53,857 bases of DNA from contig ML992508.1 in the NCBI GenBank assembly GCA_010093995.1, positions 1,427,290-1,481,146 of the forward strand, given 5' to 3'. Source of the DNA: Elsinoe ampelina (taxonomy: Eukaryota). The notes below the pieces were generated by a model. That model was given only the letters and a program-made list of their open reading frames with translations, did no database searches and was not told the origin of the DNA. How positions within the stretch are numbered: position 1 is the stretch's first letter; every line of letters begins with the position of its first letter. This document shows positions 1-14,849 of the stretch, piece after piece. The position numbers and the translations under genes are program-made.

Positions 1-674
1 ATCCTAAACTAGATCCTTAACCTGTTAATAAATAGGGAAAGTAACTTATTATTGCTAATTATAAGAGTAAAGACCTTATAATACTACTACCTAAAGTTAT
101 TAGTGAACTACATTTAACCTTTAATCCTATAGTTAATGTTAATTAACTACTAATATATATATAGAATAAGAATATTAACTTCCTTATTACACTATTTAAC
201 ACACAACCTCTAACTAGTAAAAGAAAAAGATCTCTCTTACTATAAGAAACTATTAGAAGGTCCCTTAGAACACATCACTAGATTAATTATAAGAAACTTA
301 ATAATAGCAAAATCATTAGATCTATAGCTATTAATTTTAAGCTAGACCTATAAATAGTAAGAGATATACTATTCTCTCCTAAAGGTTATTACTAGTAAGC
401 TATAATAGAGATAGAGTAGAAGGCTCTAACTAACTCTAAAACCTTTTTAATTATTAAGAAATTACAGGTACTAAGAGGTATTAGGCTAATAATAGGTAAA
501 TAGGTCTTTAAGACTAAGAGGCTTACTAATAGCAAAGTTAAAAGATATAAGGCTTATTAGACTATAAGGAGCTTTACTTAAAAAGCAGATATTAACTTTG
601 TTAGAACCTTTATACTAATACTAAGAGCTAAAACTAGAAGAGTAATTCTTATATATGCTCTTTATTATAATTAG

Positions 675-877
675 TGTTAAGTAGAAGGCACGTTTAGGAG
701 TGGAATATTGTATAGAACTAATCGTACACTAGTTAGATAATAGACAAGTTAGTTAGTTAAAAGGAGTCTATCTACTAGAAGAAAGAACAGCTATAAATCC
801 CTAGGCCTTAGCATTACATAACTTAAGATTATATAACTTTATAGCTTAATTATCTAGAGAGAGCTATATTCTTAATA
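675..877 (-). repeat. Copia B 3' LTR
   Basis: TGTTAAG...CTTAATA ends; near-identical to 5815-6017 and 45276-45478. Confidence 0.92.
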
Positions 878-3800
878 CTCCTACTTAGCTCCTATAGATA
901 AGCTATTAGGTTAATAATAAGCTAAGTTGCTTTATAAACCTTGTAAAGATCTAACCTTATAATAGCTTAGTTAACCTATTAGCTACTATGTCTACTGTCC
1001 TTATAAACTCTACTTAAATCCTCTAGTCCCTCTATAGCCTCCTAACGTAGTAGTAAGCAACATTAATATGCTTTGCCCTTTTATAAGTATATAGCTCTTT
1101 TATAAGTAAAAGAGCTACTTAGTTATTACTATTAATCCTAGTAGTAAAGGGTAATCTTATTATTACTTTCTAAGATTCCTTTATAGTTAGCCTCTATAGT
1201 AATTGCCTAACTATCTTATAATAGCCTATGTCTCTTAGTAACTAAGACAGGAACTATAATCTCTTTATATAAGAGTATATTACTATATATTTAGCCTCTA
1301 TAGTAGAGGTTAAAATAGACTTCTACTTCTTACTTATCTAGCTAATAGAACTACCTATAAGTATAAAGACATATCTAAGAATAGAAACCCTATCTAACTT
1401 ATCTAAGGCATAATCTAAATTAGAGTATCCCTTAAGAGTCTTACCTCTATTCCTTCTAAATATAATACTAAGATCTTTAGTTAATCTAATATATCTTAAT
1501 ATCCTCTTTATCTTAATAGTATAGCTATCTATTAGATCTGCTATAAACTAACTTAGCCTTTCTAAGGTAAAGGCAGTATCTAGCCTTATTAGAGTACCGA
1601 GGTATATCTAGCTTCTAATAGTATATAAATATTTAGTTCTACTAAACCTTATATTATCTTCCTAAGCTCTTTAAGGGAGCTTATTATCTATTAGCTACTT
1701 TATTAGAGTAACCTTATTAAAGGTTATATTAAGCCTCTATAGCACATTATCTATATAGTAGGTTTAATTAAGTCTTAAGGTGCTTTATTGTCTATTCTTT
1801 ATAATCTTAACCCTAAGAACTTTATTAACCTTACTAAGATCTTTAATCTTAAAGATCTTACTAAGTTCGTGCTTAAACTACTAGATGTTCTCCTTACTTT
1901 ATGCTATAAATAGTATATTATTAACATAAACTAAGAGAATAATCTTCTTATTATAGTATATAAGAAGATAGAGGTCTACTTCGCTCTAAGTAAAGCTTAG
2001 CTTTAGGAGCTTAGAGATGTAGTACTAGTTCTAGTCTCTAGTAGCTTACTTAAGTCTATATAAGCTCCTTAGAATCCGGAAGGCAAATCTAGGACTAACC
2101 TTTAGTCTAGGTAGTAGCCTTATATAGATCCTTTTATAAAGAAAAGACTCTATAAAGGCGTTATTAATATCTACCTAGTAATACTTAAGGTTACGTATAT
2201 AAATAATAGCGAAGAATAGCCTAAGTATATCTACTTTAACTATTAGTATAAATATGTCTTTATAGTTAATACTATACTTCTATAAGAAGCCTCTAGTAAC
2301 TAGTCTAGCCTTAAACTTTTTAATAGAGCTATCTATGTTATACTTGACATTAAAGACCTATTTAGATGTTACTAAGTTAGATCCCTTTAGAGGAATAATC
2401 TCTTTCTATATATTATTTAAGTATAGAGTATTAAGCTCTATATTAATTACTTTTTACTATTTACTTCCCTATACTAGATTAGTAATAGCCTTATAGTAGT
2501 CCCTTAGGATTAGGACATGTTACTTAATAGAGGCTATTATAGTAATCTTATTAACCTTATCTTACTAATTAATACACTTAGTAATAAAAGCTCTATAGTG
2601 CTTAGCTTTAAGGCCTTTATTATTAGAGTTATTATCTCTTAATCTCTTAAGTGATTAACTTATATAGTTAGTTAGTAAAGATTAAACTATTAGCTCTTCT
2701 TTACGTTAGAAATCTATAAGGTTAATAGGGTTAACCCTTAGGATCTTAATATATAAGAAGATTCTCCCTATAGGTGCTTTATTCTAAATAGGCTAATTTA
2801 GTTAGTCTATCCTAGATCTGACCTTAGTCTAAATCTAAGTTAGTCTACTAACTAGTCTCCTAACTAGTGCTTAATTACTTATAGTATTAATCCTAATACT
2901 AAGATTAATATTACTACCTTTCTTAAACTTAGAGAATTTAACATTTAGTAATATAATTACTACCTTCCTATTAGGTGCCTATATCTTGTATATCCTATTA
3001 GATCTATCTATATAGCTAAGGAATACTCCTACTCTCCCTCTGTCTATAAGCTTATCTTTTCTTCTATATATAGAAAGGGACTTTAGGTTTATATAGGTAT
3101 ATACCTTGTAGCTCTAGACCCTAATATAATTAACTAATAGCTTAATGCCTATATAGGCCTTAATAGGTATAACTTACTTATTATTAATTATAGGTCTAGT
3201 TACTGTCCTATTTCTTAAATATATATCTACCTAAACTACTTTAGGCTAGAACTTATTTAGCATCTTTAAGTCCTTAAGTATTGCTCTTATACTATTCTCT
3301 AAGGTTTAGATACCTTTCTCTACTAGTCTATTCTAAATTAAATTATATAGCTTAGTAGTTGTATAATAAATATCTTCTTAGCGCTTCTACTACTTTAGAA
3401 TCTTATTAAGTTTACTAGTATTGTCTAATCTAGTAACCTTAACCTTAGTATTACTCTCCTTCTTAACTCTTAGCTTCTACTTAATAAGCCTTTATAGGGC
3501 TTTATCTCTTGTCTTAAGTAGTATAATCTATATTATTCTTAAATAGCTATCTATAAGCTTAAGAAAGTATCTAAATCCTTCCCTACTTGCTTTAATAGAA
3601 CTATAGATATTTATATAGATAAGCTAAAGAACCTCGGGTCTTCTTTATAAAGTTTTACCTCTTCTATTCCCTATTTTAGTAAGGGAATAGACCTTATATA
3701 GGATAGATAGATCATAGTTTAGGTTAATAGGTTTCTTAAGGGTTATAACCTTATAAAGATCCTTAAGCTTCTTAATCCTAAGGTAAGCAAATCTCCTATG

Positions 3801-5814
3801 CTAAAGCTAATACTCTGTCTTAGAGTTATTAGGTCCTAAGTTAATAAGATTCTCTTATTGCTTATCCTAGGTTAGATATATATACTTAGTCTATAATATA
3901 ATTATAAGCTAGGTAGTAAGGAATACTAAATCCTAATTAGCTAGATCTAGAATTAAGCTAGGCTTAGATCTAGAATGCGGCTTTTAATTAGCTAATTGCT
4001 TAAAGAGGGATTAGATAATATATATCCCCCCTCAAATTCTAGCTTTAAGTAGTAGTTACTTCTACTAATTAAGGACAAGAAAAGAATTTAAATTAAGAAC
4101 TCTAGAAACGCCTAAATCTACATATAGCTTGTAATAGAAGACTAAATTAATACTAAGATTAGGTATATAGAGAGCCTATATCTTTATCTTATCTCCCTTC
4201 TTAGTCTTAATAATTGTAGTTCCTATTAACTATAACTAAAGGTAACTCTCCCTAACCTAGATCTATTAAGTGTAAATCTTGCTTAATAGGCCTCTAAAGA
4301 GAGTTAGCTTATCTATTATATAGTTAGATACTCTAGAGTTAAGTATCTACTAATAATGTAGAAGCTTATCTTAAACCTCTAATATAGAACTTATAGTTTT
4401 AAGCTCTTTATCCCTAGATAGAACTTCTAGTAGTAGAGATAGAGATATTAATAATAAACCTCTCTTAGTAGCTAGATAGGCTTTGCCTCTCCTTCTTAAT
4501 TTAGCTACTTTAAGAGAGTCTATTTTCTTAGTAAGCTATCTTATAAGTTTAAGTAGTTCCTAGTGCTTAGGTAACTACCTTCTTATAGAGCTACTCCTTT
4601 TAGTAACTCTATAGGATAGCTAGACATGCTTCTTAGCTTATTAGAGATAAGGACACCTTAATATAGAGTATCTAGGTTCCTTATATAAGATATATATATA
4701 ATTTAAGCTCCTACTAGTTCCTTATTATAGTCTACCTCTTATAAATATAGTAGATTCCTCTTCTCCCTTCTATACTTTCTTTTCTTTAAGAATATTATAG
4801 ATCTTATCTATACTAAGGTATAGTTAAGTATCTAAGGCATCTCTTATAGTTAACTATAAAGCTAGAAAAGCACTAAGTAGTCTTTAAATTTTTATTATTA
4901 GTAAGGAGTATTACTTAATCTCTAAAGATCTATTAATTCTCCTTCCTAATATAGTTAGGTATAACTAAGCATCTAAGATAGTTATATTATTACCTATAGT
5001 GTATATTATAAACTCTTTCTAAAGTTGTCTTACCTATATACTTATCTACTTTATGTACTTACTCTTTAGCTTCTTCTAAGCTAGTTTAGCCTACTACTAT
5101 TCCTAAATTATCTCTTAATCTTTCTTAGAGATATATCTATAGATCTAGTAAAGGGCAGTACTATTCTTCTCTACTAATAAAGAAGAATACTAGAAGTTAA
5201 ATAAGGAAGTTAATAATAAACTTAGAGTTATTACTAATAGTTTAGTAAGGGAAGTAAGGGTCTATAATACCTTCTTTAATGTAAGCTAAAGCTCTATTTA
5301 TTAGAACTACTTCTTATAGTTGTCTTTAGAGAGTATAGGCACTAGCTGCCTTAATTAGGTATTATTATCTTCTATAGCTAAAGATACATTCTAGAGTAGA
5401 AGAGAATTTTATAAATAAATAGATAAAGGTTAAGATCCGGAGGTTAATAACCTTTAAGTTAATTCTTCTAGGTGTTAAGATCTCTATACTAGTCTTAACT
5501 AGATAATTGTTAATAAGATTAATAGGTACTTAATCTTAAGAGAGAAAACAGTAATAAAACAAATATTGTTTAGTTATTTACAGCTAATAAATAGTAGCTA
5601 TTATGCAATTATAGAAATAAATCTATAGTAGACGTCTTAATATGTCCTACTTAATGTACGCTTTATACTACCTCTACTAATCTGTCTAGGATTAAGATAA
5701 TAGAGGAGAAACGGAGGAGAATACTAATAGAATCTAGCCTAATTTTAATAACGTAGATACTTAACTACAGTATATACAATCCTATACTTATACTATAGCT
5801 CTAGGCTTATAACC

Positions 5815-6017
5815 TATTAAGTAGAAGGCATATTTAGGAGTGGAATATTATATAGAACCAATTACACACTAGTTAGGTAATAGACGAGTTAGTTAGTTAA
5901 AAGGAGTCTATCTACTAGAAGAAAGAACAGCTATAAATCCCTAGGCCTTAGCATTACATAACTTAAGGTTATATAACTTTATAGCCTAATTATCTAGAGA
6001 GAGCTATATTCTTAACA
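5815..6017 (-). repeat. Copia B 5' LTR
   Basis: TATTAAG...CTTAACA ends; adjacent PBS; followed by TSD ATTAG. Confidence 0.92.
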
Positions 6018-7078
6018 ATTAGGTTATTCTAATAGCTAATGTAGTTACTATATTCCTTAGACTAGATATTAATATTAAGAACTATATCTCCTACCTAGAA
6101 GGCGTACTAATTCCTAGTAAATAGGACAAGCTTATTATTCTTATAAAGGGCTTATATAGGCTTAAGTAAGCTACTACCCTCTAGTATAATACTATAGTTA
6201 AGGCACTTCTATTACTTAGTTTTAATAGATCCTATAGTAATGCTTGTCTCTTTATTAATAAGTATTATATAGTTCTTATATATGTTAATAATTTTAGGAT
6301 TATTACTACTAGGTAGAAGTATATAGATAAGCTAGTTAAAGATCTTTATCTTAAGTTTCTAATAAAGATTATAAACTTAAACCTCTTCCTTAATGTTTAA
6401 CTTTATAGAACTAAGGACATAATTAAGATTAAGTAATTACACTACTTAAAGGAGAAGCTTAAAGGCTATAATCTTTACTAAGCAAGAACTATAAAGCATC
6501 TTATTAATTAGCTCTATAAACTAACTAATAGCTAAGTTAATACTTAATACTATAAGACATTTAATAGAATCATTAGTGAATTGTAATATCTAGCTAACAA
6601 CATAAGGCCTAATATTAGCTATGCTACTAATTACCTAGCTAAGTTCCTTTAGAATCTAACTATAGCTTATATAGTTATAGCTAAATAGATCTAGAGGTAT
6701 ATTAATAGGACTATTATAAAGGGCCTTACCTTTAAGAAGACTAATAGACTATTAGTTAATATAATTAAGGCCTACTCTAACTTAGACTTTACTAGAGACA
6801 GATTAACTACAAGATCTATATCTAGCACTATTATTTATATACTTAGTGTACTAGTTATTTAGAAGTTAAGGCTATAGAAGATTATTATGTTATTAAGTAC
6901 TAAGGCTAAATACCTTACCCTTACTAAGACCTATAGAGAGATTAATTAGTTAAGAAACCTTATTATTAAACTTAAGCTACTTGCTAATATCTACCTTAGT
7001 CTAACTATAGTCTTTATTAATAATAAATTAGCTATTAAACTTGTAAGAGATTATACTAACTTAAGGAGATCTAAGTAT

Positions 7079-7088
7079 NNNNNNNNNN
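7079..7088. other. 10-N assembly gap with duplicated overlap
   Basis: 6984-7078 is repeated identically at 7089-7183. Confidence 0.9.
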
Positions 7089-7479
7089 CTAATATCTACC
7101 TTAGTCTAACTATAGTCTTTATTAATAATAAATTAGCTATTAAACTTGTAAGAGATTATACTAACTTAAGGAGATCTAAGTATATTAATCTAAGGAATTA
7201 TTACTATAGAGAGTAGTATAAACTTAAAGTAATTAAGCTTAAGTACATTAATATAACTTAGTAATTAGCTAATATACTTATAAAGCCTAAGTCTCCTAAT
7301 AAGATCCTTAATTAATTAGCAAAGGCTAATTACTTAGTATATATCTATACTATATACTTATTTAGATTTTATATATATTATTATTTTAAGTATATTATTT
7401 ATGCTACTACTACTTATTAAGCTATCTTATTTGTCTAAAGCTTAAAGTAAATTGCTTTATTATTAAGAAGACAGAAAGG

Positions 7480-8740
7480 AAAAGCTATTATAACTCTATT
7501 ACTAGCTACCTACGCCTAAGCTATATCTACTACTTAGTACTATTATTACCTTTAATAACCCTTATCTATTCTTTACTTTAAATTACTTCTTTATAGAAGA
7601 AGAACCTCTTCCCTTATTACTACTAGTAGACCTTATAGAAGTGTTAGATCTAGACCTACTATACCTTATTAGTACTAGGCCTAGTATAAAGGCATAAATA
7701 GAAGAAAGCTAACTAGGGTAGCTAGTAGCTATAATCCTTATAAGCTCTACTACATAGTTTGTTACTATAGTAGCTAAGTTATAAACCTTAGTAGTAGTTA
7801 AGTTAGTAGGATCTACAAAGTTTATAAGGACTACTATAAAGTAGTAAGAGTTAGCATAAGTTATCGAGGTGTTAACTATACCTAATAATACCCCTAGTAT
7901 ATAGGCCCTTAGTAAGAACCTCTAAGGCAAAGTACTACTAAAAGAGATAGACCTTAGGAGCTCTATTAGTAGATGTATTAGGCTATATAGAATAGGCTAG
8001 GTAATAACTCTTAAGCTACTTAGAGTCCTTATAGGTTTAGGAGAGCTAATAGGCCTTAGAGTTAGAGTATAGTTAGCTAAGGAACATCTAGTATATTAGT
8101 TACTATAAGTATAGCAAGTATAGGCCTTATTAAGCTAACTAGATAAAGTAATATACTTACTAAACTTGCTACCCCTACCCTTGCTCTAATTATTGCTAGG
8201 GTTAGATCTCTAACACTTAGTGTAGTAATTAGTGCTATAGTAAACTACTCTACTAGTAGCACTAGAAGCTATTAAAGTAGTAGAGTAGTTAGTAGATCTA
8301 GTAAGGTTAACTTGCTTAGTTAGATCCTTAACTAGAATAGGATTAGTAACTACTAGGTGTATACTATAGGTACTAAAGGCCTAGACTACTATAGACCTCT
8401 AGATAGAATATAAGTTAGTATAGTTATAATAACTAATTATCCTAAGCCTAAGGAGAGTATTCTAGATTATGTTAGCTAACTATTAAGTTAATGTCTAAGT
8501 TAATTAGGCTATTAATATTAGCTTGTGCTATTAATGCTTTATAGCTACTTACTAAGAGTATTAAGACAAGTAATTAGTCTTATAGTAGTATTATAATTAA
8601 CATTAGAAGTACTAAGTAACTTTAATAGAGAATTTCTCTTCTTACTACTACCTCCGCTACCTAGTAGACTACTTAGAGCACTAGCACTAGTAGTAATACT
8701 ACTAATGCCTAGCTATTGCTACACTATAGCGCTTATATTA
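7480..8740 (-). pseudogene. RIP-degraded antisense accessory ORF of Copia A with DUF3716-like Cys-rich domain (ends approximate)
   Basis: Minus strand ~8075-8235 de-RIPs to CCTKC...GKFGECVTLSGWLNEACTCCTYSNQYTRCSL; Gly-rich stretch then KKR near 8640-8700. Confidence 0.55.
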
Positions 8741-8889
8741 TAAGTATTATTAATGTAGTATAGTAAGAAGGTAAAAGTGTTATATAAAAGAAAAGGCTAC
8801 TACTATAAGTGTAATAAAGGAAGGAAAAATTATAAAGAGACTAGTTAGATACTTATATCTCTTTAATTAAGACTTATAAGCTAGTCTAT

Positions 8890-9352
8890 TGTTACGAACT
8901 AGTAGGACAGCTAGAACGTAGGGATGTTAGGACTAATTAAGCTACTAAGATTATTACGTGACCTAGCTCGATGTTTACCTAGTTCTCTATCTTCTCTAGC
9001 GGCTCTACCTCTAAAACTATAGAGCGCGTAGGTTACTAGCGGACGTGTACTCTATGTTACTCCCGACTCTCGCTATAGAGTATATAGAGTACACGGAGAA
9101 CATAAGGGAGAATATATATATATAGAAACAGTCCTTACCTTATATAAGTACTATAGTTAACCTTGTCTAGATAGCGAACACTAGTATTACTAAGGCTAGC
9201 CTTTATAATACTATCTAATTGTACTTTATTATCTATAAGATATATCTTCTCTAACTCTTACCTTAGTACTATACTACTATAGAAGTAGAACTACCTCGTT
9301 CTTAGCTTAGCTTAGACTACTAACATAGGCTATATTTAGACAGTTCGTAATA
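8890..9352 (+). repeat. Gypsy A LTR 1
   Basis: TGTTACGAAC...GTTCGTAATA terminal inverted repeats. Confidence 0.93.
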
Positions 9353-9468
9353 TTTTAACTACCCTTACTATAGTATAGCACGCTACAAGGTTAATAAGTA
9401 ACTCTTGCTCTAAGTTACTATTAGCATCTTCGATCGCTAGTAAGCTAGGAAAGCTTACTATTAACGAC

Positions 9469-11451
9469 ATGTCTACTACTAGTTTAACCTCGGGCAAACA
9501 TAGAAGGTCTTTTAGTATAGAAGGACAGAGTAAGCCTAAGTTAGAAGTGGAACTCTTCTACGGGGACTATGCCTACTTAAGGCACTTCCTTGTTTAACTT
9601 AAAGCCTTCTTTACTCTAGAGAGAGACAAGTACGCTAACGACGTAGCAAAGGTCCTCTATACTAGGATACACCTTAAAGGCGCTACCTTCGGGTAGTTCG
9701 AGCCTTACATAAGTAGCTACTTAGATAGATAACTAGGCCTAGATATAAAGGCTATCTTTAAGAGCTTTAGCATCTTCTAGGCAAAGATTAAGTAAGTCTT
9801 TAACATATCTAATAAGAAATACATCACTATAACGAAGATCTAACAACTACAATAACATAGGTCTATAGCCTAGTACTATTCCTAGTTCTAACAACTTATA
9901 ATATATCTAGACTAGAACGATAGTGCTAAATACTTAGTATTCTATTAAGGACTAAGCAACTCGGTTAAAGACTAAATAATACCCGAGCCGCCCGATAGTC
10001 TTTAGGAACTAGTAGACACTATAATTGCTATTAATAATAGACTTTATAAACGACGCATAGAACGTTGTAGAGAATATAAGGCAAATACTAGATATATGCG
10101 TTTCTCTCGAAACTATAGAGACCCTATAGAACTTAATACTATATATAAAGGCTACCCCTTATAGGTATAAGGCTACAGCTATAGAGGAAAGTTCCTTAGT
10201 AGAAAAGAGAGAGAGAAGTATAGACGAGACAACCTATGTTTTAAGTGTAAAAGACCTAAGTATTAGGCTAGGGACTACCGACAAGAGGCGCTAGCCGATA
10301 GATTATATATAATAGTTACCAGGCTAGTAGAAAAAAAGGCTAATACTACTATAGAAGACCTAACGACCTTTAGCGTAGGCAAGGAAATACAGAAGAAGTC
10401 TACGATAACTTAAGAGGTAGTAGAATCCTCTCCGGATATTACGCTTAATATCTCTACGACTAATAGTAAATAACAAAGCTAACACGTAATACTATTATAG
10501 ATAGCATATTACGATAACTCTTATTATATTTACTTATTAGATAAGTAGAGATCTAGTTAGTTCCTATATAAGCTATCTAAGCGTAGGTAACTAATAAAAC
10601 AGCTAGACTAGGAACCTAACCTAGAAGGGCCCTCTATAATTAGTAGCAATAGTAACTAACCTTAGAAGGTAGTTAGCGACAATTACTAATATACGATTAT
10701 CGAGACGAAGTATTAGGACGCAAGTGCTATATAATAACATAGTAGCCTTACCTTTAGCCCTTATAGCGCACTATAAGGAAAGGCATATTATGTATTGCTT
10801 TAGAAATGTATAAATCTAAATTGCGAATAGTACTATACTATCTACTTACACGACATACTTAGAGAAGACACTATTAGTCTTAAATATACTACAGACTTCT
10901 CGGTAATTAAAATAGATAGTACTATCCCCTATAGCTAAGTAAGAGAATATACTTAGTGTAGCCTTACTAACTATAACTATACTAGAGGTAGCAGCGACAA
11001 AGAGGAATATAACGAAGAATATACCGAACAACTATAATATAATAACATAGATAAGAACTTATCTAATAACGACGACGATATACTACTATTAGGTAGACGA
11101 CTTAAAGCATACCTTATAGGGATATAGAGGAATTATATAATAATATACACCTACTACTAGAATAGGACGCGACAAGACAAATCTATATAACCTATTTTTG
11201 CCTTTAATACTAACGCCTAGCTACACCTAGAAGGAATAGTTATACCTATATAGGTATATAACACCACTTAGTATAACTAGTAGAGAATTATTAGACTTTA
11301 TAGTTACTAAGGGACTTAGGCGCTAGAAGTTTACCTTGCTATATTAAATAGTAATAAAACACGACTTACCTAGTAGATATAGTACTAATAATAGATACGT
11401 GCGGGAAGGGATTAACTACTTATCTAAGGTACTACAATGACAAAAAACTAG
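9469..11451 (+). pseudogene. gag: Gypsy A gag, copy 1 (~660 codons, many RIP stops)
   Basis: ATG at 9469 is in frame with TAG at 11449-11451; de-RIP zinc knuckle CFKC..PGHRARDC at ~10237-10280. Confidence 0.75.
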
Positions 11452-14400
11452 CTAGTTGTCGCCTAAGGAGGTAAGATAATAATACTAGCTAAAGCCTTAA
11501 TATAATAAAGATTTATATGTTAAATTACTTTATACTAGAAGTCTAGATATAAGGAAATAAGGTAAGAGCAATAATAGATTTAGGAGCTAACTATAGCTAC
11601 GTCTCTATAACAGTTACTAATTAGCTTAAACCTTATTAATATTAGAAGGAGTTACTTTACTTACTTACTATAGTAGATAGAACCTCTATAGAGAAGGATA
11701 GGAAAGTTACTTAGGAACTACAAAATGTTATAATTAGAATTAGGACACATATAGAAAAACGATCGATCGATATAGTAGACATATAGTATAATATAGTACT
11801 TAGTATAGACTAGCTTTAATAATATAATCTAGACGTAGACTAGATTAAAGAAACACTTAAATTCCCTAAGTATAATTATAGGACATAGGAAGCATAATTA
11901 GCTCTACGGATACTAACTATAAGGACAGTATAGGTACGACTAATAGTTAGGGCTATTACTAGCGTAAGTAATTAAGTACTTCCGCTAGAATATAAAGACT
12001 TTAAGGACTTATTTAAAGAAAGAGAAGGCATCGTAGCCTTACCTTAACATAAACTATAGAATTACGAAATACCTTTTAAAGAAGGTAAATTCCTAATATA
12101 CTATTAAGGTCTTATACTACTATCGAAATAAGAGGAGAATGTCCTTAAGAACTATATCGATAAGTACTTACTTAAAGGATTTATATAACTATTAAAATTA
12201 CCTATTATATACGGAGTGCTTTTTACACTAAAGAAGGATAGGACATTATAAATATGCATTAATTACTAGAAACTTAATACACTTACTAGAAAGAATTACT
12301 ATCCCCTACTAAGGATTAATAAACTTTAAGACTAACTTCTTAGAGCTAAATAGTTTACTATAATTAATATTAGGGATGCCTATTATTAAGTATAAATAAA
12401 GAAGAGCAAGGAGTAGAAAATAGCTTTTAGGACATAATAGAGTCTATATAAGTACCTCGTTATACTCTTTAGGTTAACTAACACTTCCGTAACCTTCTAA
12501 GAATTAATTAATAACACTCTACGAGAATACCTTAATAACTTTATCTTAGCATATTTAGATAATATTATTATCTTCTTAAAGATATATAATAAACATATAA
12601 GACATGTTTATAAAGTACTATAGAAACTAAAAGAGAAAGACCTACCGGTAAAACTCTCTAAGTATAAGTTCTATAAGCACAAGATACAATTTCTAGGCTA
12701 TGTTATATCTACTAATAGTATCGGACCCGATCCGAAGAAGATTAAGTTAGTAAATAACTAGCCGGAACCTACGACAGTTAAGGAAGTTTAAGCGCTACTA
12801 AGGTTCTTTAACTACTACTATAAGTTTATTAAAGGATTCTCTAAGGTAGCTACGCTAATATCTAACCTTATAAAAAAGAAAACTAGCTTTGTCTTTAACA
12901 AGAGATATAAGTAGGCCTTTAAGGAGCTAAAGCTTAGACTTACGATAGTACCTATCCTAGTACTCTTCGACCTAGACTAATAAGCACTACTAGAAACAGA
13001 TACCTTAGACTTTACGATAGAAGCGTATCTAGTGTAAAAGGACATAGAAGAACGACGCTGCCCAATTATATACTACTTACGAAAAATAACCGGACTTAAA
13101 CTTAACTACGATATATACGACAAGGAATTACTTATAATTATAAAAGCGTTCCGTAAATAGAGAGTATACCTAGAAGGGATAACCTTACCTATATAAGTCT
13201 ATACTAACTATAAGAACCTTCTATATTAGATAATAACTAAGGTTCTTAATAGACAATAGGTTCGATAGTTAGAAACACTTATAAGCTATAACTTCTAGAT
13301 CTACTATATTAAGGAATTAGAGAACAGCGAAGTAGACGCTCTTAGCCGCTAGCTAGATTACTTAAAAAACATAACAATAATAGAGGCCTCTATGCTAAAG
13401 TAGTAGAATAGCGCTTTAGTCTATAAGCACCCGAAGGTAAAGTAGTTATATAGCCTTACCTAGGAGCTTATATAAGAATAGAAGAAAGAAGTTATTTAAA
13501 TATACTATAATAACCTAATAGCAGGACATAGCGGGATTAATAAGACTATTAAACTTATTACATAAAACTACCTCTAGAAAGGACTTCGAAACGATATTAA
13601 GACATATATTGCCGCCTACGATATATGCTATAAGTCTAAGCACTCTCGACATAAACTATATAGCCTACTATAACCCTTGCTACTACCAGACAAACTATAG
13701 TAATTAGTTATAATAGACTTTATAGGACCTCTACCGCTATTAGAAGAACCTCTTACAGGTATAAAGTATAATAGCATTCTAGTCCTAGTAGATAGGTTTA
13801 TAAAGTATTACTACTTTATACTATATAAGATAATAGCAACTACCGAGGATATAGTCTTTACCTTCCTTTAAATAATTGTTTTATAACATAGAGTACTACG
13901 AGACCTAATAACTAATAGAGATAAGCTATTTACGTTATAATTCTAGTAATTATTTATAGACCTACTAGGAGTTAAACATAAGCTATTAACCTCCTTTTAC
14001 CTATAAACGGACAGAAAAACTAAATAGGCAAATCAAGTACTAGAGTAGTATCTATAATACTACCTAAACTATAAGTAAGACTTATAGGTAATACTATTAC
14101 TGCTCGTAGAGCTTACTATTAATAATAGAAAGTTAGTAAATAGAGTTTTACTATTCTATATAAACTATAGAATACACCTAGATCTATACTATAACATACT
14201 TAAAATTAAGCTAATGTCTAAGGATATAAATAGACTAGTAACTAACATTAAGAAGTTATATAACTAGCTATACTAAGATATAGTATTTATATTATAGAGA
14301 ATAGTAGGGTTTACTAACCGGAAGAGAATTACGGGACTAATTCTATAGGAGAGAGAGAAGGTTTATATCCTTAGTAAAAACATTAAAACGAAATAACTAA

Positions 14401-14830
14401 GTAAGAAACTTAACTACACTAAACTAGGACTCTTTAAGATCCTAGAAAAGAAAAACAAAAACATATACAAACTAGAACTACCTAGATATATAAGGATCTA
14501 CCTAGTCTTTTATATATTACTATTAGAGAAAGTACTATAGGACGTAGTACCTAGACCTATCGAACTAGATAAAGAAACATAGGAGCTATAATATAAGATT
14601 AAAAGGGTTTTATGTTATAAATCTATAAGAGGAAAACGTTACTATCTTATCTACTAGAAAGGATATTAGTATAGTAAGGCAATATAGGAACTAGAGGAAC
14701 ACCTTACCTCGTAAGTAATCCTAGATTATTAAACTAAAAACCTATCCTAAGTAAACCGACTAGGTAGACCTAACGCTACTAATACTAAACAAAAACGAGA
14801 ATGCCTAAGGAAGACTACTTAACTAATAGA
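11442..14830 (+). pseudogene. pol: Gypsy A pol, copy 1 (PR-RT-RH-IN-chromodomain); 3' end approximate
   Basis: De-RIP AMIDSGA (11568), YLDD (12552), NYDIHDKELL (~13105), integrase MDF (~13713), chromodomain YLVHWKGY.HSEATWEPEEHL (~14640-14706). Confidence 0.88.
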
Positions 14831-14849
14831 AGCGCCCTAATTATTACTA

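Larger units (their letters stand above)
675..6017 (-). mobile_element. Full-length Ty1/Copia family B, RIP-inactivated, inserted in the RT of Copia A
   Basis: 203-bp LTRs at 675-877 and 5815-6017; TSD ATTAG (670-674, 6018-6022). Minus-strand PBS ggttataagcc (RIP of ggttatgagcc) next to 5814; PPT next to 878. De-RIP WILDSGASNH (~4340), LWHRRFAHL (~3795), VYVDD (~1925), GYSDSDYA (~1420). Confidence 0.93.

Noticed and set aside
6984..7183. 95-bp direct repeat
   Set aside because: Identical copies flank a 10-N gap, indicating an unmerged contig overlap.
10846..11031. 61-aa hydrophobic ORF repeated at 17399-17584 and 33466-33651
   Set aside because: Antisense to Gypsy A gag with a non-ATG start; it recurs only because the element is repeated.
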